Shown in pieces: positions 26,450 to 44,020 of a stretch of DNA of 64,000 nt. The notes under the pieces are model-generated. The model made no database searches and had not been told where the DNA came from. It worked only from the letters and a program-made list of their open reading frames with translations. Within the stretch, counting starts at the first letter, position 1. Every line of letters starts with the position of its first letter. Origin of the DNA: Eledone cirrhosa (taxonomy: Eukaryota); the NCBI GenBank assembly GCA_964016885.1, contig OZ024749.1, positions 46,624,001 to 46,688,000 on the forward strand, written 5' to 3'. The translations under genes and the position numbers were made by a program.

Positions 26450-29299
26450 CTGTGTGTGTGTGTATGTGTGTGTTCGTGTGTGTACATTCTATTTTCTTCA
26501 GTTAATTAACTATCTGTCTAGGAACATTCATCTTTCCGTATATCAGTCTCTATGTATAATTATCCACATTTCGCTCCCACTCAATCCCTCCATATATGCA
26601 TTGTTCTGCATTTCCTATTGTGTCGTAATACATATATTATGTATATATATATATATATATTATACTTACATATATGTATATATATAAACATAAATATATA
26701 TATATAAACATATTAATTTAGACTGTAATATACCCGAAACAAAAATAACATATCTATGATATCTAATATCATTTTCAAATATGTGTCAATTCTTACTAAA
26801 TGTCACATATAAAACCAGTATTTGAATCACGGCATGCAACCTAGGTCACAATTATAAAATCCTACTATGTACAACGTACCCTGATACTTCAATAATTTGC
26901 GTTTCAAATTATATAAGGTATGTTGAAGTAAGTTCCTATAAATGAAGAGCGGCTGGTCTTCAGAATATAATACATCAAGATACATTATCTAATATAACAA
27001 AACAGTAAACAAGATTAGAAATTCTTAGATACTTCAAAAGATGTATTATATATATATATATCTATAATATATATCTTTTTCTATGATTTCGTAACAGATG
27101 TTTGTGATCTTAAATTAGATAATTTGCTTGATTAATTCCTGTGTATTCTCTTTTACTTTTCTCATTAACCATTCACATTGTCTCATCAGTAAAGAGTATA
27201 GACTCAGATGTATACACCTTTACAAGATTAATAACACTGGTGTCAGCTCTAGCTTTCACCATTCTTGTAACTCAATTTAGTCGAACGAAGTTATAAAAAT
27301 ACTCGAAACAGAGATAGCTTGTTTCAGAAATATGAACAAAACCATTAACACATTAACAACATCGATTACTGTTATATATATATATTTTTTTCCTTTTGCT
27401 CTCTGTCACATTCTGGAAGGTAGTATGAAGTAATTAAGTCTGTGTCTTATATTACTTACTTACCAGTCTCATAGCGAAACTCCAAAACTAGTATCCTAAC
27501 ATAAGACAGACATGTTACTTCTACTTAGGTTGACCATGATATCTTAAATCTATTGCCAGTATAATGTGACCATCTTTTCAACGAACATTGATTAAATAAT
27601 TTGATTTAGAATATTTTTTTTTTATCAAATTCTAACTTGGATTAAATATAAAAGCTTTATATCACAGATCGATAGATCTGGTATTGTCCTGTTTAGAACT
27701 TTATAAGTGTTATTTTAACCCCCCCCCCCCCCTCCCGCCAAAAAACTGGTTAATATTTCAAACATCACGAAACATTCAAGATTTGAAATCATGACGTACA
27801 AATGCGAAACTAAGTATGAAATTGAATAACGTATGATATAAACCACTGCTAACAGAATCATTTCGGCCATTTGTATCCAAACATTATCACTGAATTGCAA
27901 ATCATATTTAATTGTATAAGGACATATCAATTCATAAGACCTAACACTGTATAAATATATATAAGTATATAATATAAAGTAATTTATGATTTCGTTCAAT
28001 TAAGTTGAATTCCAGTCAGCTATTTTTGGTATTATTAAAAATTCATAGGAAATTATCATTGAAATATTCCAGTACATTTCTTATGAGACTATAGTGAGAA
28101 GTGGATTATTGAAAAACCATTAAGATAACTAATACGTAAATTCAGATTGGACAAAGAGCAGAATAAAGGTGCAAATCACAATTGGCAGATGGTTATTAAT
28201 TCACTACATGTCCGTCTATACATTGTGTTTATTGAACTTTACGACACTTGATAATTAAGATATATCCTATAATTATGAATGCAATTACTATATATGATGT
28301 AATTATAATATAGTCCTGAAAGATCGGAAAGGATATCGTGTGGTATTCGTTCTGGTCTCTTCGACTTGAGATCAAATTGTGTCGGCTTAAGCGTCATCTT
28401 CCGGCGTCTACACATAAAATATATTTTAAATAATGAAGTACAACTAATTTTCTGTATATTCCCTTCTTTCAGAATCCATCATAATGCCTTTCGATTATTT
28501 AGAAGTGACTAATGGTTGAGCCAGTAGCAAGTAAAAACTTTTGGTTTAAAATTCTATATGCTATTGGGGCTGTCGAAATATGCACGGATGTGTAGTTAAT
28601 CAACGGACATATATAATAAAATGCAATTAAATAATATATTTAATGGGGACAACTATCCAAATGTGTTTAAAATTCGCATTTAAAATTCGCATATTGATGA
28701 TATCATTACAGATACCATTGTTGAAATTAAGAAATACAATAAAACCTTCCAGCCTATTTAGTTGGAAAGGCCGTGCAAAATTTAAGGCATCCACTATGCA
28801 TCGACATAACTACTTTAAGTATTGTAATATCATCATGTATATGGCTGAAGAAAAAGGTTTCTAATAATATTCCTCCGCAGAGAATACATTCATTTTTATA
28901 TTCTCTTACATAACACACTTTTAAACACAATTGTTCAGAGTGTAATTCTCAACGTCTCCACAACACCTCGATTTCTAGATATTCAGCATTGCAAAAGGAC
29001 GTTTTGCGTTTTAATATTCATAAGTTTAGAATGTTTTAGTAATTAGGAAAATGTCCTCTCTCTACTTCATTCTCTTTTCATTAACTACAGAATTCACCTC
29101 CTTACAAGTTAGTGTAAAATGTAAAGTTATTAATTTATTTATAACTATGGAATTTTTCGCTGTAAAATGAAATTTAATATCCTAATAATTATTAGTGGCG
29201 CTCAATATACACACTATGTTGTGTGGAGTTGATGTGATGATTATAACGTGACCCCTACCCCATTAACTATGCAGTACATTAGGGATCCACGTCAAATAA

Positions 29300-29950
29300 T
29301 AATCAGATACATTATCCATTAATAATGAGTTCTGAGGATTGTAATCAGGAACTAATTCAAAATGTCACCAGGAATGCTGTCAAGAAATTTGTTTTATTTT
29401 AACTTCCCAAGGAAAAATATCTCCAGATCTAGCTGTAGTATTTAATGCCAATAAAGTATATTGCAAAATTTGAAAACTCCTGTTAATGAAAAAACATAAA
29501 ATAACATCCGACAATTAGAGCGGACATATAAATACCCTAGTTAAGCAACTGAATATAACCTATGACTACCATGAGTCCCACATCTTCAACATAGATAAAG
29601 CTGGCCACTTGAGGAAGCCATATGACCTCGAGATGTAGCTTCTTAAAACGCTTGTGAATTTTGGCTTCCACAATAAAATCCAGCATGTATGGGCGAGTGA
29701 AGAAATTTGATGTTCGAAAAATATGTCAAAGTACTAACAGTGAAATAACATGATTCACTTTTTAGATAGGGAGACAGCCAAACAACAATTAATGGATTCT
29801 AAACGGAATGTTGACAGGAAATTTCTCCTAAGCCTTAGCTTCGATAATAAAATTGGCTACTATCACACAATGTTAGCAGATTATGAAAAGAAGTTAAAAC
29901 TATTCAATTAGACGTTGATACAAGGTTTTCTAAGAAATGAATGATTTATA
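29300..29950 (+). pseudogene. Possible decayed pogo/Tigger-like transposase relic
   Basis: From 29567 it reads YHESHIFNIDKAGHLRK, resembling the pogo/Tigger YxxxQIFNxDETGLxWK motif. A downstream segment weakly resembles Tigger C-termini. No TIRs found and the boundaries are approximate. Confidence 0.3.
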
Positions 29951-30073
29951 TTAATTCCAAATGGTTTTATATTTTTATTTTTCCAGGATCAACTATAGTT
30001 ATTCCCAATTCTATACGCATGGACATCGGAGTAATTAATCAAGCTCAAATAAGTGAGCATTATGTGTATGTGT

Positions 30074-30255
30074 TTGGCAGAATCGGTAGAGGGTCGGACG
30101 GCAGGCATTACAGCATAGAGTTATGAACTTTTATGATCTTACTTCAAATCGCGTCGAGGTTAACTTTGCCTTTCATCCTTACGGGGTCGATAAAATAAAG
30201 TATCAGTAATGCACTGGGATAATAGCTGGCCTGGTGCCAAAAGTAGAAACTATTA
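30074..30255 (+). mobile_element. OK-like SINE with 15-bp TSD
   Basis: SINE body. attatgtgtatgtgt at 30059-30073 and 30252-30266. Confidence 0.9.
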
Positions 30256-30548
30256 TGTGTATGTGTCTATATGTATGTGAGTGTGAATGTGATTGGGAAA
30301 ATGAGGGTGAGTGTGTATGATTGTGTATGTGTGTGTCTGTATGTGTGTGTGTGTGCATCTGTGTGCGCGACCGTTGAATCAACCCACATAAAATATGTGA
30401 GACAGGAATATAGTTCCGATGTAATTGAATTGAAATTTCATGTGCGACTAATATATAAATATTGTGACAATGATATTTAATTTAAAAATACATTTTAAAA
30501 ATTACCTTTCATGTCAGGTTCATAATATAATGTTCTATATAATTATAA

Positions 30549-30738
30549 GGGCGGTGGATTGGCAGTATCGGTAGAGAGTAGGACGCCATGCTTTCCAGCA
30601 TAGTTACGTCCCTTTACGATCTGAGTTCAAATCCCGCCGAGGTTGACTTTGCCTTTCATCCTTACAGGGTCGATAAAATAAAGTACCAGTAATACACTGG
30701 GTAATTGCTGGCCTTGTGCCTAAAGTAGAAACAATTAT
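30549..30738 (+). mobile_element. Full-length OK-like tRNA-derived SINE with ~25-bp TSD
   Basis: A box tggcagtatcgg at 30560-71, B box gagttcaaatcc at 30623-34. tataatgttctatataattataagg at 30526-30550 and 30736-30760. Confidence 0.95.
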
Positions 30739-31825
30739 AATGTTCTATATAATTATAAGGCGAGCCGTCGTCTATCACAAAATAAGAAATACTATAGAAG
30801 AAATCATGTGAAAAATAAAATAATGGTTAATGTATATGTTAAGAACTGTTTATCCGATGACATTTCAAAAATCTGTCCTACGGGGTTATTCATAAATATC
30901 AATATATCTTTAAAACTATTCATAAATATAAACAACAAACATTATGGAATATGTGTATATATAACCCTACATACGCATATTATATCAGGTAGCCTTCACA
31001 TGTTACCGTTGATATGTAACTGAAATGAACCTGTTGATTGTTCTGGTCGGTGGTGACTGATGCTGTAACCAGAGCAAACCTGCTTCATGAGGATGGTAAT
31101 ATATGGACGTCCTGCGATATGAAACAAAACGTGGAGGAACTCATATGAGTCACCGGCCATCTAATTTCCGAGATAGAAAGCTATAAACTGTATTTACATT
31201 TGTTGGCCCATCTCATGCCACCTCGTTTCATTATGTGAGGCAGTTGTGGAGAAGTTAAACTCCGTGACAATGAAACATTAGGACAGTTGTCCCAGATTTC
31301 ATGTGGCAAATCTACTTAAATTATTTACTATCAGCAAACACAATATATATGGCTGGTCCTACACCGTCAATTATAAGATTTATCGCATAATTAGTACGGC
31401 AGACCATCAGATCAACAATAAGTTCCATCCAAAATTAGCAATCAGCATGTCCATTGAGTCCTTGTTTTTAAGTATATAGCAGGAGATATATATCAATGCG
31501 TATGGTAATTAGTTCGCGTTCCTAATATATTATTTATCTTAACTAGTCACGTTGTTTCTTTCATGTACATGTCAACTTTATAAACACAAAGATTATACGT
31601 GATTACAATGTATTTTGTAGATACGTGTGCTTTTTAAGCGAAATGAAATATCATTCTGATTTAGGTTGACTTCCATATTTTGTAAAAAGAAATATAAATT
31701 ATTTCGTCATTTTAGAAGGAAAACATTGGAAAATTCAATAGTAACAATAAATAACACACAGCTATCTATAACTGGTTTTAGTTTCTCTCTCGCACTCACA
31801 TCATATTCGTCATTTTGACTGTATT

Positions 31826-31857
<32 letters not shown>

Positions 31858-32130
31858 TCACTCTATCTATCTATATACTATATCTCTGTCTCCATCTCTC
31901 CTCCACTTTCTCTCTCCATCTCTCTCGCCTCTCTCTCTTTTCCCACTCTCTCTCTATTTATATATATATCCCCTCTCTCCCTCTCTCTCGCCCGCTCTCA
32001 CTCCCAATCTATCTCTCTCTCTATCTATCTATATACTATCTCTCTCTCTCCATCCCTCCTCCCCTCGCTCTCTATCGCTCACCTCTCTCTATAACTCTCT
32101 CTCTTCTCCCGTATATCGCATTATCTCCCT
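31826..32130. repeat. Degenerate (CT)n/(CTAT)n polypyrimidine tract
   Basis: Direct reading. Confidence 0.9.
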
Positions 32131-32565
32131 CATTATACCTGGTCCGCACTCCATTTATAGAATGGCTGCTCATTTTCCGAAAATAGTCCAACACAAATCA
32201 ATTAGTTGATTCCCCCTTGAGACGGTAAAATAGATTATTTCTTGTTATGAAAATGGCACAGAGTACATAACTTGTTTTCATAGAATAGTCTGTTGACGTG
32301 AGGTCTGTCGCTCTTTTTATTTTAATATAATGTTTAACTTATTTTATATTATATCTTAAAGTTAAAAATGTTCCATCATATGCATTCCGCTGAACACATA
32401 TACACACATACAGACACACACCCACACATACACGCACACATGCACATTTATTGTATATATATATATACATATATATATAAATATACCCCCCACTCTCCTG
32501 AGCGTGAATTTAATAAACATTTATTGTACTGCCTATCTGTTCTGTCCCTGTTCAATTTTTCATTA

Positions 32566-32621
<56 letters not shown>

Positions 32622-32639
32622 TATGTATGTGTATATGTA

Positions 32640-32713
<74 letters not shown>

Positions 32714-32792
32714 ACGGAAATATAAACGGAAACACACCGAGCATTATAATAATTGTTTCGGTAAATTCATACATACATATATATATGTGTGC

Positions 32793-32845
<53 letters not shown>

Positions 32846-32847
<2 letters not shown>

Positions 32848-33033
32848 ACGAAGGAAATGTGGTAAGGAACCAGGTGGACCATAACGCACCAAAGTACTCA
32901 ATACTTAGGGTAGTAGAGTGGGTAATAGGAACAAATAAGACCCCGACGGCTGAGCTCAAGCCGTTTCGACGGCTAATTAGAATTAGCCGTCGAAACGGCT
33001 TGAGCTCAGCCGTCGGGGTCTTACTTGTTCCTA
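32846..33033 (-). mobile_element. Family A copy 6
   Basis: Tail plus near-perfect palindrome centred on aattagaatt. Confidence 0.9.
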
Positions 33034-33111
33034 TATATATTTATATATATATATATATGTATATATATACATTCTACTGTACGTCTGTATACATATATGT
33101 ATGTATACATA

Positions 33112-33161
<50 letters not shown>

Positions 33162-33171
33162 TATATATATA

Positions 33172-33487
33172 TTGTTAAACTTTGGGAGGGTCATGTTGCC
33201 AATAAGAAACACACACACCAGTTGCTTTCACTTCAATTTATTATAAATTAAATATATAAATTCAGGAATTTATAAATTACCGATTGGTTGGCTCCACAAC
33301 CAGATGATTGTTCATATATCGTCAAAGTTCTTTCGTCACACATTATGTGACCTCTTCAGCGACCGGGGATTTTTTTCTTTGTTTTTGTGCCCTCCTTTGT
33401 TCTGTCCTAGGCCAGATTATAACAATATCGATTGCAACACACGTTTTCAGATAAATGATCTTGCTAAACGAATTCAGAAACGAAATA
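33172..33487 (-). mobile_element. Family F copy 2
   Basis: Reverse complement of 15159-15421 with the same two ends. Hammerhead on the minus strand at 33321-33363 (gtcg-CTGAAGA-ggtcacataatgtgtgac-GAA-Agaact-T/tgac). Confidence 0.85.
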
Positions 33488-33500
33488 TATATATATATAT

Positions 33501-33719
33501 AAGAAATAGGATTTCCCTTCAAGCATAGCTTTATACAATATGTCTAAGTATTTCGTATCTCCAAGCAAATACGGTTTGAGGAAGCCGTAGCTATGCAAAC
33601 ACCGGGGGGGGGGGGGTAACGCCCTCTGGTGATGTTTAGCAGAAGCAAGGGGGACAACCGTCTATGCATTTCAGGCTTAACTGGCCTTCGTCAGGACGCT
33701 CCCTCCCACCGCTTGCGAC
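33501..33719 (-). mobile_element. Family O: GC-richer hammerhead-bearing island
   Basis: Bounded by short TA tracts and contains the ribozyme at 33659-33698. Confidence 0.65.
33659..33698 (-). ncRNA. Type I minimal hammerhead ribozyme motif (family O)
   Basis: Minus strand reads cgtc-CTGACGA-aggc cagttaa gcct-GAA-Atgcat-A/gacg. All stems pair perfectly, palindromic stem III ATGCAT, AUA triplet. Confidence 0.85.
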
Positions 33720-33765
33720 ATATATATTTACATACGGTATATATATATTATATACATATAATAGA

Positions 33766-33813
<48 letters not shown>

Positions 33814-34541
33814 TACGTACATACCCGTCTATTTCATCACATATATGCACGATTACGTCACGGCCTGCTGCGACAGATATCAGGTTCATGTTAACATAGA
33901 AGTAATTAACTCAATGAAACCTAAATGGAATTAAGGATAATGTATAGAACATACAAACAATAAATACTAATACTCTTTGTGACTCACATCCAATTGTTAT
34001 ATTTGTTTCGAACCTCCTTATTTGTTTATCCGAATACTTAAATATAAATACGTATATAGTATAACTTTACGTGACTGGTAATTTTATGAATGCTAGAAGT
34101 GGATGTAATGCACACTTTGTATCACGAGTTCATTAAGTACATTGATATATATCCTTTGATACAAGAAAGGAAACTCTCAAGAAAGTCTCAGGGTGAAAAC
34201 AAGTAAATGCCTTCAAAAGTGGCGAACGAAAACACGCGTTGAAAATCTGTGAACATGAAAAAATCACCAGCAAGTGTCTTATGATGTCTTATGATAGATG
34301 TCTTATGATATATGTGATATATGTTTTAGCTTATCGTATGGTTATTCATGTTTAAGAGAAAATTCCATCACATTCTTTATATATATCATGGAAAAGCTCA
34401 TCCAATTGATACTCAAAATTTCACGACCCATGCACACGAATATAAATCCACGCGCTCACACACACACATGTATATATATATATATATATATATGCATATA
34501 TATATATATATATGTGTGCGTGTGAGAGTGTGTGTGTACAG

Positions 34542-34580
<39 letters not shown>

Positions 34581-34593
34581 TGTTATATTTCGA

Positions 34594-34651
34594 ATACCTG
34601 ATGATATCACCGGATTCATACGGAACCCGGTCATTGAAATGATCATAATAT
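34594..34651 (+). ncRNA. Hammerhead motif, slightly degenerate (family L)
   Basis: atac-CTGATGA-tatcaccgg..ccggtcatt-GAA-Atgatcat-A/atat. Palindromic stem III, one mismatch in stem I. Lies between TA tracts. Confidence 0.6.
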
Positions 34652-34744
34652 AATAAACCTTTCAAGGATTTACATAAATCCACCCTCCTGTCATTTCATT
34701 ATAATATATATGCATATATGTATATCTGTACACACACTCACACA

Positions 34745-34776
<32 letters not shown>

Positions 34777-35311
34777 TATCTCTCTCTCTATATATATATA
34801 TGTTCTACATATTAAACTGTTTGACAGAATACAAGTGTTATTCCGAGCAACACTTGTAAATCTTAATTAAAGGCACTAGCATGACGCGGAATGTGCAATC
34901 TATACTCGAACAAATGAAACGGCAGAAATAGATTAGATAATTGAATAAGCCATCGAAATTACTTCTATAGAAAATATGAGCATTTGCTGCAAAATTTGAG
35001 TTTCATCTTGTCTTCTTTTCCATGCATTTCAGTTTAGGAGCTGGCATATATGAAGTAATATTTAAACGTGAGGAGAGAAAACGACTATTTCGAACATTAA
35101 AATCATCTATTCATATTTAGGATTGCTAATCTTTCTTTAAAATTTGGCTCTTGCATATGTTGTATGAATATATTTGTATATAAATGTATATCAAACAACA
35201 CGAGTATTGTCTCACATCTTTCTATTTACCCGTATTTTACTACCACCTGTCATAATGATTTTCTAATAATGCTCCCGTACACCTTTCCGCCTTCTATATA
35301 TGCCCCATATA

Positions 35312-35395
<84 letters not shown>

Positions 35396-36074
35396 ATCAC
35401 TCATACATATTTTTACATATTTACATATATGTAATTATCTCTGGGTGAAGGTAGGAGAAGATGGAGAGGTAATGCTCGGCAGGCAGATACAAATATAAGC
35501 TGGGTATGTTATAGTTTGTACCTAGGACTTATTATATATATTATTTCATTTTAATATCATTTAAAAGAATAGGCCAGGTGGCCTATAAAGAAGTAAGTAT
35601 TGAATTATTCATTAGGGAAAATATTTGTTGAATTGCTCTGGGATCTTGAAGAAAAAATGAAATATTACCTATCTTACATTGCTTTACAAATCTCATGGTT
35701 TAAAAAATACATCTCTGCGAAGGACCATTCTGTATTAGCTTCCAACCTGACTTAGCCACCCATTATATCGGAAGGAATATATTATTCTTATTACATTAAA
35801 ATATATGATCTACTCATCCGTAGAATAATATATACCATCTCTTTATTATTTTTCGAAATGGAATAAGAAAAAAAGACGTAATTAATATCTTGAAAAAAAA
35901 AATATATATATATATCAATAGTAATGTAGACGGTATGGCTTATAGAAAATTAGATAGATGATTTCATCTCTGCATAATGTTGTACTCTTATATTCCGCAC
36001 GCGAAAGCACACGCTCGACCGCGCAAGCATACACACATATGAATGTGTGTGCACATATACTTATACTTACATTC

Positions 36075-36129
<55 letters not shown>

Positions 36130-37666
36130 ATGCGTGTGTGTGTATATGTATGTGTGTGTGTGTTTGTACATGTTATGCATATATATATATATAGAATATG
36201 TAACTGCATTCAACAATGTCACCGTTTAGATTGCAAAATTTAACATTTAATAGTGATGTCGCGTGACGTTGCAAATAAATATCTCATTTAACTTCACGAC
36301 TTCTACTCGAAAACTCTTTTGTTTAGCTTAAACTTCAATTTGTATATTTTATTGAAGTGTTTACAGTTTGCATAATAAACATGCTAGCAGCGAAATATCT
36401 ACTATTTTATCATTTAAAATATGCTTTTGAATTTCTAAATATTCCTGATGGTATTTACTATTGCGCTAAAACTTTTTACTTTCATCTTATATTAATATAA
36501 ATTGTCAAGTCATCCATTTGTATTATCTCTTCAAGTGATAATATTCACCGTTGGCTATCTCTCACTTGCAAGCAATATGTACTGTGTACATTTATAAACT
36601 AAGAATCAGGTGAATTAGATACTCTATAAAAGTGCTCCTTGTATATAATTGATTATATATCACATTTCTATAATAATTATGACTCAGACATATAAGCAGC
36701 ACACACACACACACATATATATATATAAGTTTTTTATCCCCATATTCTGAATATTAATCCTACTAGAGCCAAGCTACATTGGTGACTAAAACCATTATTA
36801 AAAAATATCACATGGTTCCTGGTAGAAAATAACCGTCCAGTCTCATATTCTGACGAGTTTTCCTGGTCTGTTACCATCACGTGTTCCTTTCTCACTGCTC
36901 AATCGGTAAAAAAATATCAGAGATATAACAACACATATCATTCAAAATCTATATTAAAAATGGAAGGAAAAAAAGATGCATTTTGCGCACAACCTACGCT
37001 AGGATTGCAGCTAAACGATTTGCACATATATTTAGTCGGCCAAGATTTTAAACCACTGCATCATTGACACTACGCCAAACTAAACACATGCAATACGTGT
37101 GAATGTATCTCGAGATATATCTGTTTTCATTGAATTCAGAGTAATTTTCTTCGCCTGGTTCCATGATGGATTGATACGGCTGAATGTATTATAGATGGGA
37201 ATAGAAGCAATGGTATATCATCTACAGAAACTTTATTGATATGGATCACCTCACACAAATGATCATAACCACGTTCATAGAACGATTCGGCAACGCGTTT
37301 CTAGTATAGTCGTTTCCATATCATCTTACGGGCCAACAACAAAACCAAATACTTGCTAATTCTTTACAAATGATATATCTTTATAGATATTCATGCCAAG
37401 CTGACAGCAAGCTAGCTATTTCATACTCATAACGAATTTTCTCCCTTTCAACTAGTTATAAAACGCGTATGATATACACATCTATTTCAAATATTTGATT
37501 GTGAGAATGAGAAAGAGAATATTGAGGTAAAACGCTGACACAGCACAGAATAAAAGCCACACTTATATTACAAAATCAGACAATTATAATCAAATATGTG
37601 TGTATATATGCAATGCATTTACATATATATATATATATATATATATTTCTCTCTCTCACTCTCTCC

Positions 37667-37714
<48 letters not shown>

Positions 37715-38366
37715 CATATTTATATAGGTATATACACACATATGTATATAAATATTTATAAATATGTACGCTTTTATGTGTGTCTGTTTCTCTGCTTTTG
37801 TGCTTGAATGTGTGCATACGTGTACACATTGGGAAACTAACACACGCATTGCAATATTTAAAAATGACATAGTAGTATATCAGAATATATAGAAGTGTTT
37901 GCCGGGGAAATAAATAAGATATACAAAAAAAGAAAAAAAAGAAAAAAAAGAAAAAAAGAAAAAAAAAAGAGAAAGAGAAAGAGAACAAATAGAAATACGA
38001 AATAAGATAGAAGACATTCATATGAAGAAATCTATAACACTAAAGAAGATAATGGTTTGCAGAAACGTCAGATTTAGCAGAGAAATAGATATAGATCTAG
38101 GAAGTAAGGCAAAGAAAGCGAAATAAGATAAAGTCAAGCATCATCTTGTATTCGAGTTTAGTTTTCATATATCTCATGTCTAATCATTCATTTTTCACTA
38201 TCTGATTATTCATCAGTTACAGACATTTATTGATTAATATATATAATCTAGATATAAGTTTTAATATGTATGTGTTTGGTGTTTATTATTTGATGCATCT
38301 ATTTTATCGGACGTTCAGATGCACGCACACACCCGTACATGCAAACACACACAAACATCTGCAAAC

Positions 38367-38780
<414 letters not shown>

Positions 38781-39045
38781 TAATATTTATTAAAATATAT
38801 GTATGTATATTTATATAAATGCACACATACATACAAAAAAGAGATTATTATTGGATATATACAACAATATGTGCATACATCCTTTTCCATATGGGCATGT
38901 GTAAATATTTATTATGATATATTTGCATATGTATATACATACCTAAATACCAAAGTGCCTACAAATACAAACACATACCCTCAGATTGGCATATATACAG
39001 AACACTATGTTACACATACACTCCCACACATCCACACATATATCC

Positions 39046-39150
<105 letters not shown>

Positions 39151-39199
39151 TCTCTCTCTCTCTCTATATATATATATATACATACACACACACATACAT

Positions 39200-39248
<49 letters not shown>

Positions 39249-39933
39249 TACACACACACAGACACACACAGGCACACACACATATATATAAAGAGAATGA
39301 TTATCTCAAATACAAAACATATTTATACATATATATATATATATATAATATATATATTATATATATATATGTATACAGATTTTTGTATTTGAGATAAACA
39401 TTCTCTTTTAGATATTTCATGTCTTAAGTAGGAGAACCTGTAGATATGGAAATTCATTTGAAGAGCAATATACGTCTTACTTGAACTTTGGAAAATATCA
39501 TACAACAGAATAAATATATATATATCCACTATATAACTAAATCAAGCGCAACAGATAAATATATATTCACAATTTCATACGCGTTTTGCATTCTCGTTTG
39601 TTGCTGTCAATACCTGATTTCAAAATCAAAATTTGGGAATTGCAGAAAATATTTGGCACAGGCAATGCTGTTGCAACGTTATGTCCACATTATGGGTATG
39701 AGATGATGGAATCGGTAACTTGCTGAACGAATCACCTGGAATAAAAATAGATTGATTTTGCATTTTAACATATGTATCTACATGATTGTTCAGTTGAAGA
39801 TGAGGTTAATTATATGTACAAACATCGCTAATGCTCCGATGACTCCAAATACAAGTTTGGAAGAAACGATTGTCAGCAATAAAATGATTTGAACATAACT
39901 TTTATAATTGTGTAATATATATATACATACACA

Positions 39934-39983
<50 letters not shown>

Positions 39984-40009
39984 CATATATACATATATAT
40001 ACACATACT

Positions 40010-40061
<52 letters not shown>

Positions 40062-40083
40062 ATTTTTTTTTATTTTTATTTTT

Positions 40084-40307
40084 TTTTATTTTATAGAAGG
40101 AGCTTCTACAGGACTAGTACTGTTTCATTCAGATGAAATCTTCAGGAAACAGGTCTTCCTGAAGCAGGGCTTCCTGAAGATTTCATCTGAATGAAACAGT
40201 ACTAGTCCTGTAGAACCTCCTTCTATCAAATAAAACATTTTTACTCTGCCATGTATTGAGTACCTTACTTACTGTGGTTATGCCCGACTAAACCCGGGAC
40301 CTACGTA
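40084..40307 (+). mobile_element. Family C variant: fold-back plus tail
   Basis: Near-perfect arms atagaagg..cttcaggaa and ttcctgaag..ccttctat. The centre has a duplicated cttcctgaag. Tail hairpin tactc..gagta. Confidence 0.85.
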
Positions 40308-41300
40308 TATATATATATATATATACACATCTGTTTAAACACCCATAGGATTTATACATTTATCCTTTTTCGTAAGTCTTTTTCTCCAATCTCATTTCGC
40401 ACAAATCACCACCTTGCACTACATCTTTCTCTCAATCCCTCTATATTATTCCTCCTGCTAACATTCATTTCATGCTAGTTTGCATTTCATCTTATCTGTT
40501 GTTTCTATCATTCTATCAGTATTTCAATGACTCTCATCCTTCTCACACCCGTACTCTTTCAGTATTATTTTATGTTTTCAAATCAATTTTATTTCTCTCT
40601 TTAATTCCTCATTTTCCTATCCACTTGCTCACCTTCTTTCTTTCTTTCCTTCTTTCTGTCTTTCTTTCCTTCTTTCTTTATTTATCTCCACTATTCTCTT
40701 TCTCTGTAACTCAGAATTCTACTTTATTTCAATTTTCTCTTTCATAATTATATTTAACACATTCTTTATCTCCGTGTTTTATCTTCTATTCCCGTCTATA
40801 TGACACCAAGGTAAACTAATTTCTTTTTCTTTATTTTCTACACCCAACATTTAAAGTCAATATAGCTAAACCCTTCAGTCCCCATTCAATACAACTCCCA
40901 ATCTGCCACACACTTCATTCTTCTCACTATATGCATGGTTATTGTCTTTTTCTGCCTCTTTCTCCAAATCTCTCACTATCACTCTCAACATATCACTTCG
41001 TTGCAAAACATATCTTTTCCCATCTTTTTCACTTTTTTTCTATTCTTCAATTTAATAACAGAATCTAACTCCTACCTAATTAAAAAAAAAATATTTCTGC
41101 AACGGATCTCTGTACGAAAGTAAGCCCCAAGTCAAAGTGTTTCAATGAATTGTTTCAATACAAAATATATAGGTCCTTCCAACGCAACAACTTACTTGTA
41201 TTTATTCTTTCATTCATTTTTCTTTACAACGGACACATATACACACACTGATAGTCACAGGCACATACCACCGCCCCCACACATATATATATTTATAATA

Positions 41301-41959
<659 letters not shown>

Positions 41960-41987
41960 TATGAATATATATATATAATATATATTC

Positions 41988-42023
<36 letters not shown>

Positions 42024-42026
42024 GAA

Positions 42027-42064
<38 letters not shown>

Positions 42065-42124
42065 GTTATATATAGATATATATGCGCGTGTGTGTGCGTT
42101 GTGTGTGTGTGTGTGTGTGCGTGT

Positions 42125-42202
<78 letters not shown>

Positions 42203-42429
42203 ATCGTTGTTTCCTCTTCTCCAAGTGTTCTCACCGACTCCATTAACTGTCGGAAGATATGTGTGCTCAATTTCCCACAGCATAGCGAAATCTGATTATA
42301 TCAAAGACATTGTTTTCTTATAACAGGTGAGACATTTCTGTAGGTTACTTGTCAATAAGTTAAAAGCTTACATATATACATATGTTTATACTAATAGACG
42401 TACACTTACATAGAGCATCAACATACACA

Positions 42430-42850
<421 letters not shown>

Positions 42851-42851
42851 G

Positions 42852-43034
42852 GTACGTTATTCCGGGTTGAATCGGAGGTAACCACAGTAAGTAAGGTACT
42901 CAATACATTGCAGAGTATAACAGTTTTAATATAGATGAGATTCTACAGGACTAGAACTGTTTCATTCTTTAGAAATCATCAGGAAAACAGTAGAAAACAG
43001 TTCTAGTCCTGTAGAATCTCATCTATATTAAAAC
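42852..43034 (-). mobile_element. Family C: fold-back plus tail
   Basis: Arms gttttaatatagatgagattctacaggactagaactgttt and aaacagttctagtcctgtagaatctcatctatattaaaac. Flanked by (TA)n. Confidence 0.9.
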
Positions 43035-43035
43035 C

Positions 43036-43140
<105 letters not shown>

Positions 43141-43154
43141 TATACATATGTATG

Positions 43155-43220
<66 letters not shown>

Positions 43221-43222
43221 GC

Positions 43223-43304
<82 letters not shown>

Positions 43305-43851
43305 TGCGTGTGCTTAATATAATAATGTTTTTTTATGTTATTTGAATTCAATTAATTGTTCCATATGGATGGCTAGTTATAAAAATAATTTAGTTTCGTT
43401 AAGACTATATATGCATATACTGAATATAGAACAGTCAACTAATTTTGAACATACTTCGTCGTTTTCACGATGTGATAGTGCGATTAATACGACCTAAGAT
43501 TATGTGATTGTAGTAAAATATTACGTGACGTAGAATGAGTGGTAGCAGAGAATTTGACGTATGGATGTCACAGAATTAACAGAATTTGTTAGTAGTAGTA
43601 CTGTCTTCTACATATACTGTAGTAGTGTATGTAGAAGAAAGAGAAGACCATCGTCAACCACAACAACAAAAGCAACAAGACAATATTCAAAGAGAAGATA
43701 TCAGAATATAGAATACATAACACAACACAATAGTACATGTATATCAGGTAATCCGCTTCACAACAGAATAAGATAACATCTTGAAATAGTAGTATATGAT
43801 TTTCGACTAATTATGAGCATACCTTCGAAATTTGTTTGATTCTCATTGTTC

Positions 43852-43901
<50 letters not shown>

Positions 43902-43986
43902 AGAGAGAGAAAGGGACACACACACACACACACACACACACGTACATAGACACACGCCCGCACACACATGCGCACACACACATTAT

Positions 43987-44020
<34 letters not shown>

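Noticed and set aside
30549-30640. tRNA gene
   Set aside because: A and B boxes are present but there is no cloverleaf. It is the head of a multi-copy SINE with a TSD.
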